A program made the translations under genes and the position numbers. Of a DNA stretch of 64,000 nucleotides, positions 22,128-34,927 are shown one piece after another (the stretch's first letter is position 1; each line of letters begins with the position of its first letter). The stretch covers positions 69,061,773 to 69,125,772 of the forward strand of contig NC_057719.1 of the NCBI RefSeq assembly GCF_004010195.1, written 5' to 3'. Source of the DNA: Chiloscyllium plagiosum. Its lineage: Eukaryota. A model generated the notes under the pieces. The model was not told the DNA's origin. It saw only the letters and a list, made by a program, of their open reading frames with translations, and searched no databases.

Positions 22128-23000
22128 TGAATAAGCTGCCAGAGGAAGTGGTGGAGGCTGGTACAATGACAACATTTAAAAGGCATCTGGATGGGTATAA
22201 GAATAGGAAGGGTTTCAAGGGATATGGGCCAAATGCTGGCAAGTGGAATTAGATTTATCTAGAATGACTGGCCAGCATGGACAAGTTGGACCGAAGGGTC
22301 TGTTTCCATGCTGTCCATCTTTATGACTCTGTATTATTAGAGTCAATTGAGCTTTTATAGAGTATGAGATTCTTACAATACAGAAGCAGACCCTTCAGTC
22401 CAACCAGTCTATACTCTCAATTCCCAAAGTGAACTAGTCCCACCTGCCCTCAATTGGCCCATATCCCTCCAAACATTTCTTATTCATGTACACATCTAAA
22501 TATCCATTAACATTGTAAGTATACCCACATCTACCATTTTTTTTGGAGGTTCATTGCACACATGAACTACTCTTCTGTGTAAAAAAATTGTCCCTCATTT
22601 TAAAAAAAAAATCTTTCTCCTCTCACCTTAAAAATATGGCCCTGATCTTGAAATCCCCCACCTTATCTATACCCCTCTATTAGGTCACATTTCAACCTCT
22701 TACACTCCATTGAAATGTAATCCCAGCCTATCCAGATTCTCCTTACAACTCAAACCCTTCATTCCCATCAGCATCCTGTTAAGTCTCTTTTAAACCTTCT
22801 CCAGTTAAATAATATCCTTCTTGTAACAGGGAGACCAAAGCTGGACATAGTGCCCCAGAAGAGGCCTCACCAATGTCCTGCACAACCTTAACATGACTTC
22901 TCAAAGGCCCGAGCAATGAAAGCAACCATGCTGAATGCCTTAATCATCCTGTCTATATATGATGCAAACTTCAAATATTTATGTACCTGAACCCTTAGGT
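22128..23000. mobile_element. Two tail-to-tail CR1 3' fragments (22128-22332 plus; ~22360-23000 minus)
   Basis: NKLPEEVVEAGTMTTFKRHLDGY ORF2 C-terminus and TATGACTC tail. The minus copy is more degraded. Confidence 0.75.
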
Positions 23001-23680
23001 TAATAAGTTCAATTAGCTGTTAATTATTTATTTACATTGGTGAACAGTCTCTGAAATTGGCAGCTGGAGAATCTTTTCTATTAAGGGGGTGAGCTCAGCG
23101 TTAGGTAGAAAGGTACGAGTTTGTGCTCCTGATCAATTTTGCGTACACACCTCCTCCCCCCACACACCCCAACAATTGAAAACATATATGATGGGGGTAT
23201 AAAATATCCAGCTCCATATTTCCAATCCTGAGCGACAAAAAATAGATACTCCTTTAGTGGAGCTCTGCCCAGGAATTTCCTATCCAGGTGCCTTCCTGGC
23301 CAAAGCAACTTTGTCAAATCCAGTAATCCATAAAGACGGGAGCCAAGAGCATCATTATGGAACTATGTCCCATCTTCAACAAAAGTTCTATTATCTGTAA
23401 TCTAATGGTCCATTGCCACTTAAAAGCTACTGAGAGAAGCTAAGTGTGGAGATTGGGCGGTCGACGCATCATATCCAGGGATGGGAGTGGTGCTGATTTG
23501 GTGAGTGTAGGAGGTGGGTGTAGGAGGATGTGAGCATGGCTGGTGGTGGGTGTTACTGGTCTGGGAACTGGGTCAGATCTGATGGTGGGTGTGGTTTTAA
23601 CATTGTTGAATCAGGGTTGTTGGGTCAGTTGTGGTAGACTGTAGTGGGGTCACGTCAAAGGCAATGTTGAGGCTATTATT

Positions 23681-24189
23681 GTCAAGTCAGTCTGTGTCCT
23701 GCGACCTCTCTGAGTCTAAAACATATTATGGACTTTTTCAGAAAGTTCCAATTTACCAGGTAATTCATTCAGGGTCAGTTACATTGAGATTTCTGCACAG
23801 TGGTGAGGGTAGGTTTTCGTTGTGGTGGTGAAACAATGGGGGTGATTGTTTGGCCTGGAGGGTTCAATGAAGAGTCTGGGGGTGGGGTGGGATGGGGTGT
23901 TGGTGTAACAGTGTCAGATCTGCATGGAGAGTATTGGGTTAGATGTGTCACCAGTTGTGGGCTAGCTGGGGGCACTAGGATCAATGGTGACTCAAGGATT
24001 CTGTTCAATAATAACTGAGTACTGAGAACAAGTTTGAATCCTGTAACTTATCCTCAGCAGTTATTAAGGTCAAGTCAGTCTGTGTCCTGTGACCTCTCTG
24101 ACTCTAAATCATATTGTGGACATTTTCAGAAAATTCGAATTTACCAGGCAATTCATGCAGGGTCAGTTACATTGAGATTTCTGCACAGT
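23681..24189 (+). repeat. Local ~121-bp direct repeat pair (23681-23801 and 24069-24189)
   Basis: GTCAAGTCAGTCTGTGTCCTG...GAGATTTCTGCACAGT occurs twice with substitutions only. Confidence 0.85.
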
Positions 24190-24639
24190 CCCAGTGTGCA
24201 ACTGCAGGCTGCATTACTACATTGACTAGATCTACGTATTTGAGTGAGTGTGTGTCTATCAATCTATCAATTCCACCTGTCCCACAGAAGACTAGGTTCA
24301 AATTCCTGATGGGGAGTACATGTTGAAGTTATCTACATGAGCCCTCAGAGTGGTGGCGGAAATGTCGGCGGATGATTTGGTTTATACGAAGGTTGGTGGG
24401 GTGGAAGGTGAGCACCAGGGGCGCCTTGAGCCCTCAGAGTGTCTACCCTCTATGTGACATTCTGTAGATTGCGTATCGGACATCTCAACCATGGCCCAGA
24501 TTGAATATAATATCCACTGAAATTCTTTCACCAAGCTCTGCTGCCTCTCCATTTTCTCAAACTCTTTTGATCAGGATTTTAGTCACTCTGCTGAATGTTT
24601 GCTTTGGTTTGATGTTGTCTTTTATCTGATAATTTCTCT

Positions 24640-25530
24640 GTAAAGTCTTGCACAATTCTCTCTGGCGTCTCCAAAAGATCTACCCTTGCCCCTCCTCCAC
24701 ATACACACTTCCTCGTGGTGACAGCACCAGTTTTTCCACAAGTGTGTCGCTGACACCCAGCTCAACTTCCATCCATCTTGATCACTCCACTAGTTTGGTA
24801 CATTGCTTGTTCAACATCCAGTACCACAGGAACAGAGACTTTGAACAATTAAATACCAGGAAGACTGAAACCATTGTTTTTGATTCCAGCCACAAATTCC
24901 ACTCTCTCCAGCCCTCCTGGCAATAATCTAAGGCTGAAACAGGCTTTTCACAACCTTGGCTTCATATTTGACCCCAAGCTGAACTTTTGGCCGCATATCC
25001 GTGTATCACTAAGGCTACCCATTCCAATAACATCTATAAGATCACCTTCAACTGAACCCCTCCCTCAGCTCATCTACTACTGACACTTTCATTCATGTTA
25101 TTGTTACCTCTAGACATGGCTATCATGAATCACACTTAATCAACATACATTCTGCTCTGGAGGCCATCCAAAACTCTACTGCCCACACCTTAATTTCAAC
25201 CAAGTCCCCTTTACCTGTTAACCTTGATATCAGGGTCTAAATTGGCCTCAAGATAAGAAATCCCTTGATTTTAAAATTCTTGTCTTGGTTTTCAAATTCT
25301 TGCATGGCCTCATCACTTCTATCTCTGCAACCATCTCTATTCCATCAAACCTCCAAGATATTTGTACTAACCTATTCTGGCCTCAGGAGAATCTCTGATT
25401 GTAGTTATTGCATCATTGACATCTATGTCTTCAGCCATCTGGATCCGAAACTCCAGAATTCTCTCCCTACACATCTCTACCTCTTCTCCTATTTCCTCCT
25501 TTAAGATGTTCCTTAAATCCCTTCCGTTTG
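24640..25530 (+). mobile_element. Degraded L2-clade LINE 3' part
   Basis: Remnant peptides QLNTRKTETIVF, NLGFIFDPKLNF, FKIL and a ...TTTAAG...CCTTAAA 3' end typical of L2 ORF2. Confidence 0.6.
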
Positions 25531-25965
25531 ATCAAATTTTTGTCACTTGCTCTAAATCTCCCAGATGAGACTCAATGTCTAATTTTGTTTGATAATGCTC
25601 CTGTGTAGTGCCTGAGCTCATTTTACTGCTTTTAAGGTCCTATAGAATTTCAAGCTGTTTAAGTAGTTGTCGTTTTATGTAGCCAAGCACCTTGGAACAT
25701 ATCATTGATGGTCGAGACGCTATAGAAATGAAATGACTGTTGGTGAAATAGAGTATTTTAAAATATTTTTCATCATTTGACATGAAGGAGCTGGTCAACA
25801 ACTTCAGAAAATGAAGTGGAGGACACACCTCTTGTCTTTATCATTGATGCTGAGGTGGAGGTGTTTGAGAACATCCAATTCCTAGGAGTAAATTTTACCA
25901 GTGATCTATCCTGGTCCATCCACATCAACGCTACAGTCAAGAAAGCAGAGCAATGCCTTGACTTT

Positions 25966-28900
25966 GAGTCATAGAGTCATAGAGATGTATAGCATGGAAA
26001 CAGACCCTTCAGTCCAACTCGCCCATGCCGACCAGACATCCCAACCCAATCTAGTCCCACCTGCCAGCACCTGGCTCATATCTCTCCAAACCCTTCCTAT
26101 TCATATATCCATCGAAATACCTTTTAAATATTGCAAATGTACAAGCGTCCACCACTCCCTCTGGCAGCTCACTCCATACACGTACTACCCTCTGTGTGAA
26201 AAAATTGTCCCTTAGGTCTCTTTCCCCTCTCACCCTAAACCTATGCCCTCTAGTTCTGGACTCCCCCACCCCATGGAAAAGACCTTGTCTATTTGTCCTA
26301 TCCATGCCCCTCATGATTTTATAAACTTCTATAAGGTTACCCCTCAGCCTCCGACACTCCGAGGAAAATAGCTCTAGCCTATTCAACCTCTCCCTATAGC
26401 TCAAATCCTCCAACAATGGCAAAGTTAAAAACCACACAACACCAGGTTATAGTCCAACAGGTGTAATTGGAAGCTTTCGGAGCGACGCTCCTTCATTAGG
26501 TGATAGTGGAGGGCTCGATCGTAACACAGAATTTATAGCAAAAATGTGCAGTGTGATGTAACTGAAATTATACACTGAAAAATTGATTGTCTGTTAAGCC
26601 TTTCATCTGTTAGAATACAGTGATAGTTTCACTTCTTTCATGTGTAAAAGGATCCAAAACCTTTTTTTTAAAGTTGCATTCTCGGGTTAGCTGTTAGCAA
26701 TGGTGATAGCTAGACATTATGTTGAAGGTGTTAGCCCCCTGTGTTCTTTGTCTATGACCTGATGTTTAGATTGATTCCAACAATGGCAACATCCTTGTAA
26801 ATCTTTTCTGGACCCTTTCAAGTTTCCAATAGGAAGGAGACCAGAAATGCAATATTTTTCCAACATTAGCCTAACCAATATTCTGTACCAACTCCTGTGC
26901 TCAATGCTCTGACCAATAAAGGAAAGCATACCAAATGCCTTCTTCTTTATCCTATCTACCTGCAACTCCACTTTCAAGGAGCTATGAACTTGCACTCCGA
27001 GGTCTCTTTGTTCAGCAACACTCCCTAGGACCTTACCATTAAGTATATAAATCCTGCTGAGATTTGCTTTCCCAAAATGCAGCACCTCACATTTATCTGA
27101 ATTAAACTCCATCTGCCACTTCTCAGCCCATTGGCCCATCTGATCAAGAACCCATTGTAATCTGAGGTAACCCTCTTCGCTGTCCACTACACCTCCAATT
27201 TTGGTGTCATCTGCAAACTTACTAACTATATCTCTCATGCTCACATCCAAATAATTTATATAAATGATGAAAAGTAGTGGACCCAGCACTGATTCTTGTG
27301 GCACTCCACTGGTCACAGGCCTCCAGTCTGAAAAACAACCCTCCACCACCATCCTCTGTCTACTACCTTTGAGCCAGTTCTGTATCCAAATGGCTAGTTC
27401 TTCCTGTATTCCATGGGATCTAACCTTGCTATCCATCTCCCATGGGGAACCTTGTCGAACGCCCTACTGAAGTCCATATAGATCACGTCCACCGTTCTGC
27501 CCTCATCAATCCTCTTTGTTACTTCGTCACAAAGCTCAATCAAGTGAGACATCCTTGCCTTTCCAAATACATGTACATCCTGTCCCTCAGGATTCCCTCC
27601 ATCAACTTGCCCACCACCGAAGTCAGACTCACTGGTCTATAGTTCCCTGGCTTGTCCTTACCACCTTTCTTAAACAGTGGCGCCATGTTAGCCAACCTCC
27701 AGTCTTCCGGCACCTCACCTGTGACTATCAATGATACAAATATCTCAGTAAAAAGCCCAGCAATCACTTCTGTAGCCTCCCACAGAGTTCTAGGGTATAC
27801 CAGATTAGGTTCTGGGGATTTATCCACTTTTATGCTTTTCAAAACACCCAGCACTTCCTCCTCTGTAATATGGACATTTTTCAAGATGTCACCATCTATT
27901 TCCCTACATTCTATACCTTCCATGTCCTTTTCCATAGTAAATACTCATTTAGTATCTCCCCCATCTTCTGCGGCTCCACACAAAGGCCAAATTGCTGATC
28001 TTTGAGGGGCCCTATTCCCTAAATAGTTAACCTTTTGTCCTTAATATATTTGTAAAAACCAGTTGGACTCTCCTTAACTCTATTTGCCAAAGCTCATGTC
28101 CCCTTTTTGCCCTACTGATTTCTCTCTTAAGTATACTTCTACTGCCTTTATACTCTAAGGATTCACTCACTCTATCCTGTTTACACCTGACATATGCTTC
28201 CTTCTTTTTCTGAAACAAAAACCTCAATTTCTTTAGTCATCCAGCATTCCCTATACCTACCAGCTTTTCCTTTCACCCTAACAGGAATATACTTTCTCTG
28301 GACTCTTGTTATCTCATTTCTGAAGGCTTCCCATTTTCCAGCCATCCCTTTACTTGTGAACATCTGAGCCCAATCAGCATTTGAAAATTCTTGCCTAATA
28401 CCGTCAAAATTGGCCTTTCTCCAATTTAGAACTTCAACTTTTAGATCTTCCATCACTACTTTAAAACGAATAGAATTATGGTTGCTGGCCCCAAAGTGCT
28501 CCCCCACTGACACATCAGTCACCTGCCCTATCTTATTTCTCAAGAGTAGGTCAGGTTTTGCACCTTCTCTAGTAGGTACATCCACATATTGAATCAGAAA
28601 ATTTTCTTGTACACACTTAACAAATTCTTCTCCCATCTAAACCGTTAATGCTATGGCAGTCCCAGTCCCAATAAGGTGATCATCCCATTCTTATTTCTCA
28701 GTTCCACCCAAATAACTTTCTTGGATGTATTTCCGGGAATATCCTCCCTAAGTACAGTTTAATGCTATCCCTTATCAAAAACGTCACTTCCCCTCCTCTC
28801 TTGCCTCCCTTTCTGTCCTTCCTGTAGCATTTGTATCCTGGAACATTAAGCCAGTCCTGTCCATCCCTGAGCCATGTTTCTGTAATTGCTATGATATCCC

Positions 28901-29295
28901 AGTCCCATGTTCTTAACCATGCCTTGAGTTCATCTGCCTTTCCTGTTAGACCTCTTGCATTGAAATAAGTGCAGTTTATCAGTCCTACCTTGTTCTCTGC
29001 TTTTTCCCTGTCTGCCCTGACTGTTTGACTCGCCTTTGTTCTCAACTGTACCAGTCTCAGATTGAAATCTTTTCTCACTATCTCCCTGCGTCCCACCACC
29101 CCCCCCCCCCCCCCCAACCTTAGTAGTTTAAATCCTCCCGAGCAGCTCTAGCAAATCTCCCTGCCAGTATATTAGTCCCCTTCCAAATTAGGTGCAATCC
29201 GTCCTTCTTGTACAGGTCACTTCTATCCCAAAATAGCTTCCAAAGATCCAAAAATGTGAATCCTTCTCCTATACACCAGCTCCTCAGCCACTCCT
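25966..29295 (-). mobile_element. 5'-truncated CR1 LINE (end of ORF1 plus ORF2 EN-RT), decayed
   Basis: YFNARGL...IAITETWL, PGNYRPVSLTS, SGVPQESVLGP, KFADDTK and a (CTATGACT)n tail. Confidence 0.92.
26423..26775 (-). mobile_element. Second-family Penelope-type terminal fragment inserted in the CR1
   Basis: 14-bp TSD TCCAACAATGGCAA (26409-26422 / 26776-26789). Minus-strand CTAATGA-AGGAGCGTCGCTCC-GAAAGCTT degenerate hammerhead at 26471-26500. Confidence 0.65.
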
Positions 29296-29678
29296 GAGTC
29301 TAAAGAAATTCGGAATTTTCACAATGGTTCTTCCAATTTATATAGATGCACCATAGAAAGCATCCTATCCAGATATATCACAGCTTGGTATGGCAACTGT
29401 TGTGCCCAACACCACAAGAAACTACAGACAGTTGGAAACTCAGCCCCGTCCATTACAAAAAGCAGCCTTCCTTCTATTGACTCCATCTACACTTCTGCTG
29501 CCTCAGGAAAGCAGCAAACATAATCAAAGACCCCTCCCACCCCAATTATACACTCTTCCACCCTCTTCCATTGGGCAGAAGACACAGAAATTTAAAAGCA
29601 CATAGCAACAGATTCAAGAACAACTTCTTCCCCATTGTTATCAGATTATGAATAGACCTATCATATATTAGAGTTGAG

Positions 29679-29842
29679 AGTATGGTGCTCGAAAAGCTCA
29701 GCAGGTCAGGCAGCATCCGAGGAGCAGGAAAATTGATGTTTCGGGCAAAAGTCCTTCATGATGAAGGGCTGCTTGTCCTGCTGTGCTTTTCCAGCACCAC
29801 ACTCTCAACTCTAATCTCCAGCATCTGCAGCCCTCACTTTCG
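29679..29842. mobile_element. Foldback Penelope-derived short element
   Basis: Inverted arms. 22-bp imperfect TSD (29657-29678 / 29843-29864). Confidence 0.75.
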
Positions 29843-30779
29843 CCTATCATGTATTAAAGCTGAGCTTTCTCTGTAGCTGTAACACTTTCTTCTGCATTCT
29901 GTTCTACTACCCTGATATACTTATGTAAGGTACAATTTGTCTTGGTACATATGACAATAATAAATCCAAATCAAATTGTAGAGGAAGAACAATGTGGCTT
30001 AAATATTTTGAAAGGAGATCCTATGTAGAGATTATTTACTGAAAGTAATTGCTCTATTTTCACCGGATGATTTAAAAGTTTTCTGACAGGTGTAGTAACA
30101 TGCATTATTTAAATTTTGCATGGTACAATGTTAATTATATCAATTCATCTGTTAGAAAAAGAAATGTTGGAAAAGGTTACGTAGTTGAACAAAATGCTTT
30201 GTGATGTCATTTTGTCATGTCATTTTGTCACTGTGACATCCTACCTGTGGAGAAATGATTTATTGTGCCACTTGTAAATTGTTGTACAATAGTTGGCAGT
30301 AAATTGCTCTCTCAGTGCTTTTAATATTGATACTCCTCTGCTTTTATGTGATAATTTTTTTCAGTCAGTGTCCTGCTTTGTATGCTGTTAAATTTCTTGA
30401 AAGGAATTGACTCCAAAGTTTCGACGAAGAAACACTGCAGAGTGTAGACTTCCATAGCTTTAACACACTACTCCGTCCATCAAAGGTAATATTTTTCGAA
30501 CATTAGTTAGATTTTTATTAAATTAGAAACATTACCGTAAGAGATGTCAATGTTGTCAATAATATCACTATTTCTGTTAATAGTTTGCACTTAGTATTGC
30601 TGGATCGCTTACTATGTATTCAACTTTCTGGTTTCTTGCATGAGAAGTTTAAGGTGTCAATGGTGATCCAAATTTATATCAGTGTGTTATTTGGGCAGAT
30701 TTAATCAGGGCTTTAAAAAGGCCATGAGTATCTTTAAGTATCTTAGGACAGAACATTTGCAGGGCCACAGAGTGGGAAA

Positions 30780-30987
30780 CTAGGAGAACGTGAGGACTGC
30801 AGATGCTGGAGATCAGAGTCGAGAGTGTGGTGCTGGAAAAGCACAGCTCATCAGGCAGCATCCGAGGAGCAGGAAAATTAATGTTTTGGGCATTTCTAAT
30901 GAAGGGCTTATGCCCGAAATGTCGATTCTCCTACTCCTTGCATGCTGCCCGATCTGCTGTGCTTTTCCAGCACTACACTCTCAACTC
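30780..30987. mobile_element. Foldback Penelope-derived short element
   Basis: Inverted arms of the same family with a degenerate core CTAATGAAGGGCTTATGCCCGAAATGTC. Confidence 0.75.
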
Positions 30988-32099
30988 CAGAGCAGGAATA
31001 GCTGGTTTGCTTTTGCAGAGAACAAACATGGACACAATGGGACTGAACGGCTTCTTCCTGTGCTGCAACCATTCTACAATTCTGTAATGTTCTGGGTTAG
31101 TTCCATTTCAGACAGAAAGGCACCATTGGTTAGTCAAATATTGCTAATCCGAAAATAAGGCAGCAAACTATATCAACCACAAATTATGGGAGAGAAAAGT
31201 GACAATTTATAAAACAAATCGAAACATTTCTAACAATCGATAAATATTCTCTTCTTTGATCAAGTAACTACAAGGTTTAGCAAAGAAACCATAGGAGTGA
31301 AAGGTCAGAAGAAGCATTTTTAAAATAACCATTGGGATTGGAGAAACCTTATTCCTGTCCTTATTCTGTTCTATTTTTATCGTTAAAAAAATCTTTTTAA
31401 TTACAGACCCATTTAAATAGCAAAATGCACAGCAAGGAGTGACAACGCTTTAGTTTTCTGAAATATGCATTGGACCAACAACTTAATATGATTCCAGTTG
31501 TAATTTTAAAATGTATTTTAAAAATGAACACATAATTCATGTAGTTATTTGTCTGAAGTGTGACTTAATTATCTTGCATTGTGATGTCACATGGCATCAT
31601 AAAACTTGTCTCTTTACAAATTTTCAAAACCAAATTTATTTTAATGTGTAGACAAATACAATTTATACACCAAAACGCATACTAAGCAGCTATTGGCGTC
31701 TTGAAAATATGTGAATAATAATTTGATTTATCTGAATAACTTTGCTAATTAGTTATAACTATCACAAACATAGTATCATCAGTTAATTATCACTTCAAAT
31801 ATTACTTTTTAATGTTATACATATGAATGCACAATGCTGATTAGTGACATCATTCTATGCACATTGGCAATGTGTATTATTGTGGGATATTGAGTCACTA
31901 GCAGATGTATTTTTCATCCACCATATGTATTTAATATGCATCATAAATTATAGAATTTTGCATCAGAAACAAAATGTCCATCACTATTTAATGCACAATC
32001 AGTGCCTGGTGACTGTAGCCTACTCTTAAATGATTTCTGTTTTCTTCACTCCAGTATTTGGAATTCACCCAGAACCAGTCTATCAACCTTCAGAGCAAC

Positions 32100-32318
32100 A
32101 TGGCTAGCTGCGCAGATCTTATGTGGTCCTTTTTCTGGCTTATAGTGCTGTTCTTTATAGGCTGGCCGCTCAGTATATTCTTTGGGGGTATCTATGGGTT
32201 TTTATCACCTCTGACTACCTGTGTTGGACTGGATCAGGTCACCGATGTCCTTCTTCAAGGTGCAAATCTGGGAAGAACCTGTGCTGAGAATATGAGATCA
32301 AGCAAAGCTCTCTGCTGA
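32100..32318 (+). CDS. Uncharacterised 72-aa hydrophobic membrane microprotein, paralog 2
   Basis: AACATGG Kozak context. Polypyrimidine tract with CCAG acceptor ending 32054. 46/72 identical to paralog 3. AATAAA at 32535-32540 and 32567-32572. Candidate upstream donor AAG|GTAAT at 30486. Confidence 0.9.
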   Translation: MASCADLMWSFFWLIVLFFIGWPLSIFFGGIYGFLSPLTTCVGLDQVTDVLLQGANLGRTCAENMRSSKALC

Positions 32319-34079
32319 AAGCAAAAAGGATGGTAATTACTCTTTCAGCAACAAATACATTTCGCAAAAACTGTAAGCTATCCACTTCACCACTTAGATC
32401 ATTGCAGATCGCTTCATGTAAAACAAATAGCCACAGAACTTTACGTTTCATTCTGACCTCAATGAATGGCTGAAGATTTGTTTAATTCCTTTTATAATTT
32501 ATTTAAATGGACTTACATCTTTGGAATGAAATCAAATAAATTTTTAATTATTTGTAATTAAAATGCAATAAATGACCATCCTCTTACCTAGTCAAAATGT
32601 AGTTTCAATATTTGTTTACATAAATATCCAAATTATTCTTTACTATTGTCAAACGCTGCAAAAAATCTTATTCCAGATCTACAGAACACTCAGGCTATCA
32701 ATTTTGTGCTGGAATTATTTAGATAATTCACCATAGTCCTACTCTTATGGGAGAGAGACAACTGGTCGTAGTGATCTAACGTGACAATCATCACACTTCA
32801 AGGGGCAAGGGGCAGATTTGAGAGGTTGGGGTCTCATAGTAACCTCAACCAATGTAGGAATTGAACCCATGCTATTAACATCACACTGCATCACAAATTA
32901 GCTCACTATCTGAGTGGAACCCCATAGGAGCCCTTTATTATGATGCAAGATTATCAATAAATAAACCATCAAGCAGCTTCAGCAAGGAGAGAATGAGATA
33001 AAGTATTTTAAAAGTAGTTTTGTGATATAAACCTTTTCCAGATTGATTTTTTTTTCTATAAGTAAGCATTTATTAAATTGAAAACAGATTGTCAGCTTTA
33101 ATTTCTTTCACAAAGATTGTGGCTGAATATTTATGGAAAGGGATAATGGAATATCATAAGTCCGCACCATGCCTGTTTAACATTGGGAAGGATTTCAGGG
33201 CCATTCTCTACCTAGGCAAATAGAACAAGACATCTTCCCTTTGTTTGCTTGCTGTAAGGTCCTACATGAAGTGAGTTTGGACAATTGTAGTGCAGCTTGC
33301 AGTGCTTGTAAATCCTCAATGTAAAACTGTATTCATGTGTATTGATATGGTTGAGGTCATGATATTTGCTCGTTCTGATAAGAACAAAAATTAGACTGGA
33401 GCCAAAACGAGAGTCAGGAAACAATTGCATTGAGTGTACGATTTATTATGGATGCTCAAAGTTTTCAAATAATTTGTTCTGGTACAGATTATGGAGTGGT
33501 AGAGACTGCATCGGGAGGTGAGAAATTAGGCTTATCAGTGTATATTGATGGAGATTACCATTGCCTTTAGAGTTCCAAAATGGTTATGTATATGTACACT
33601 TGTGGGATGAAATGTGTTAGAAGCCATATTAATGAGATCATTGACATACACACAGTGAATGTCCTTCAGCAAACGTATGCAAAGCAGACAGGCCAGGATT
33701 GCCATCTCAGAGCTGATGCTCTCACTTAGTCTCACAGAGCTGTACATGTCAGCAGCAACAGGAAGGACAACACCGACATGATTACTTGTAGGACAGCTGC
33801 CCGGTTTTGGCTGTTGCTATTGTTGTACAAGTGCCTTTACCTTTTATAGTTTAAAGGTGCAAAAGTTTGTAAGGAGTATTGTGTGAGGCACTGAAGGACA
33901 TTTGGATAATTTTAAGGCTTCTGCATAAACTGGCTGCTCTGAGACACTGATGTAGTAGTTTACATCCCCCTTAGATTGCAACATGACAGAGAGAATAGGC
34001 AAAGGAGACACAGAATAATACAAACTGCTGACAGCAGGAAGACGGTGAATAGAACTCTTCTCACCAGGAGGCCAACAGG

Positions 34080-34680
34080 GCGTTCAGAGTGTTCAACAAT
34101 AATTCTTTAACTTGCATTTTAGCAGGAAACAAGTTGGGAGATGTCTAATCTTCAGTAAGTAGGTCCTCATTGATATTTTGTCTTCTGTGGCATTATTCCT
34201 ACATACTCAGAGCAGGGTGTGCTGTGAAGGTGACTGTGGAGATGGACCTTTATTTGTTCCAATATGGAACTAGAGATGTTTGCAGCAGCTCACAGTTTAT
34301 CATCCTCTGTTGAGGCAGGAGGTTACTGGAACACTCTATTCAAAGACAGCTAATTTTGTTTCATTCTCTCTTGCCAGAGTGAAGTAAGGGGAGAGTGAGT
34401 ACATGGCTTCAATAATAAGCCAGGCATCTCACATCATTTATCAGACACTGCATGTCAACTCTGGCCCAGTACCGAAACTAAGAGGGATTTCACTCCCTCA
34501 ACGTCCACCGCTGTGTGACCATGGACAGAGGAGCATGCAGGTCAGTGTCCAATATCCTGGCAGCAGTCCACTGTGCCAGTTATGTTTGGTTCACAGCAAA
34601 CCAAATAAATGTTGGCTACTTACCAACAAGCTCTATTCACTGGCAACAGTGTTTGTGACTCTGGTTTGCAGCTGACATGT
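34080..34680 (+). mobile_element. Highly degraded PIF/Harbinger transposase remnant
   Basis: Frame-broken remnants resembling AVKVTV..., D-C--SQF, RQEVT--LY, QYPGS and WLL motifs in the expected order. Confidence 0.4.
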
Positions 34681-34927
34681 ATGAATACAGTATGGAAAAA
34701 AATGATAGCCATGTTGCCAAATAAAGGCCCCCTTCAAGCCAGAAACAGGGTAATGGGAAGCAAAGAGATTGCAGACAAATTAAATACATAATTTGGTTCT
34801 GTCTTCTCAAAGGATGAAACAAATAACACCCCAAAATTATTGAGGAACGCAATCTAATGTGAGGGAGAAACTGAAGGAAATCGGTATCAGCCAGATAATG
34901 GTATTGGGTAGGTTGATGAGATTAAAG

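Larger units (their letters stand above)
25830..29680 (+). mobile_element. Rex1/Babar-like LINE 3' fragment (25830-25965 and ~29296-29680), split by the CR1 insertion
   Basis: Remnants FLGVNFTSDLSWS-HINATVKKA-Q on the left, and FYRCTIESILS-YITAWYGNC...NRFKNNFFP on the right. Confidence 0.6.

Noticed and set aside
32058..32099. TTG starts at 32058 and 51515 given by the ORF track
   Set aside because: Non-ATG starts just inside the acceptor. The aligned Kozak ATGs at 32100 and 51566 match paralog 1's start.
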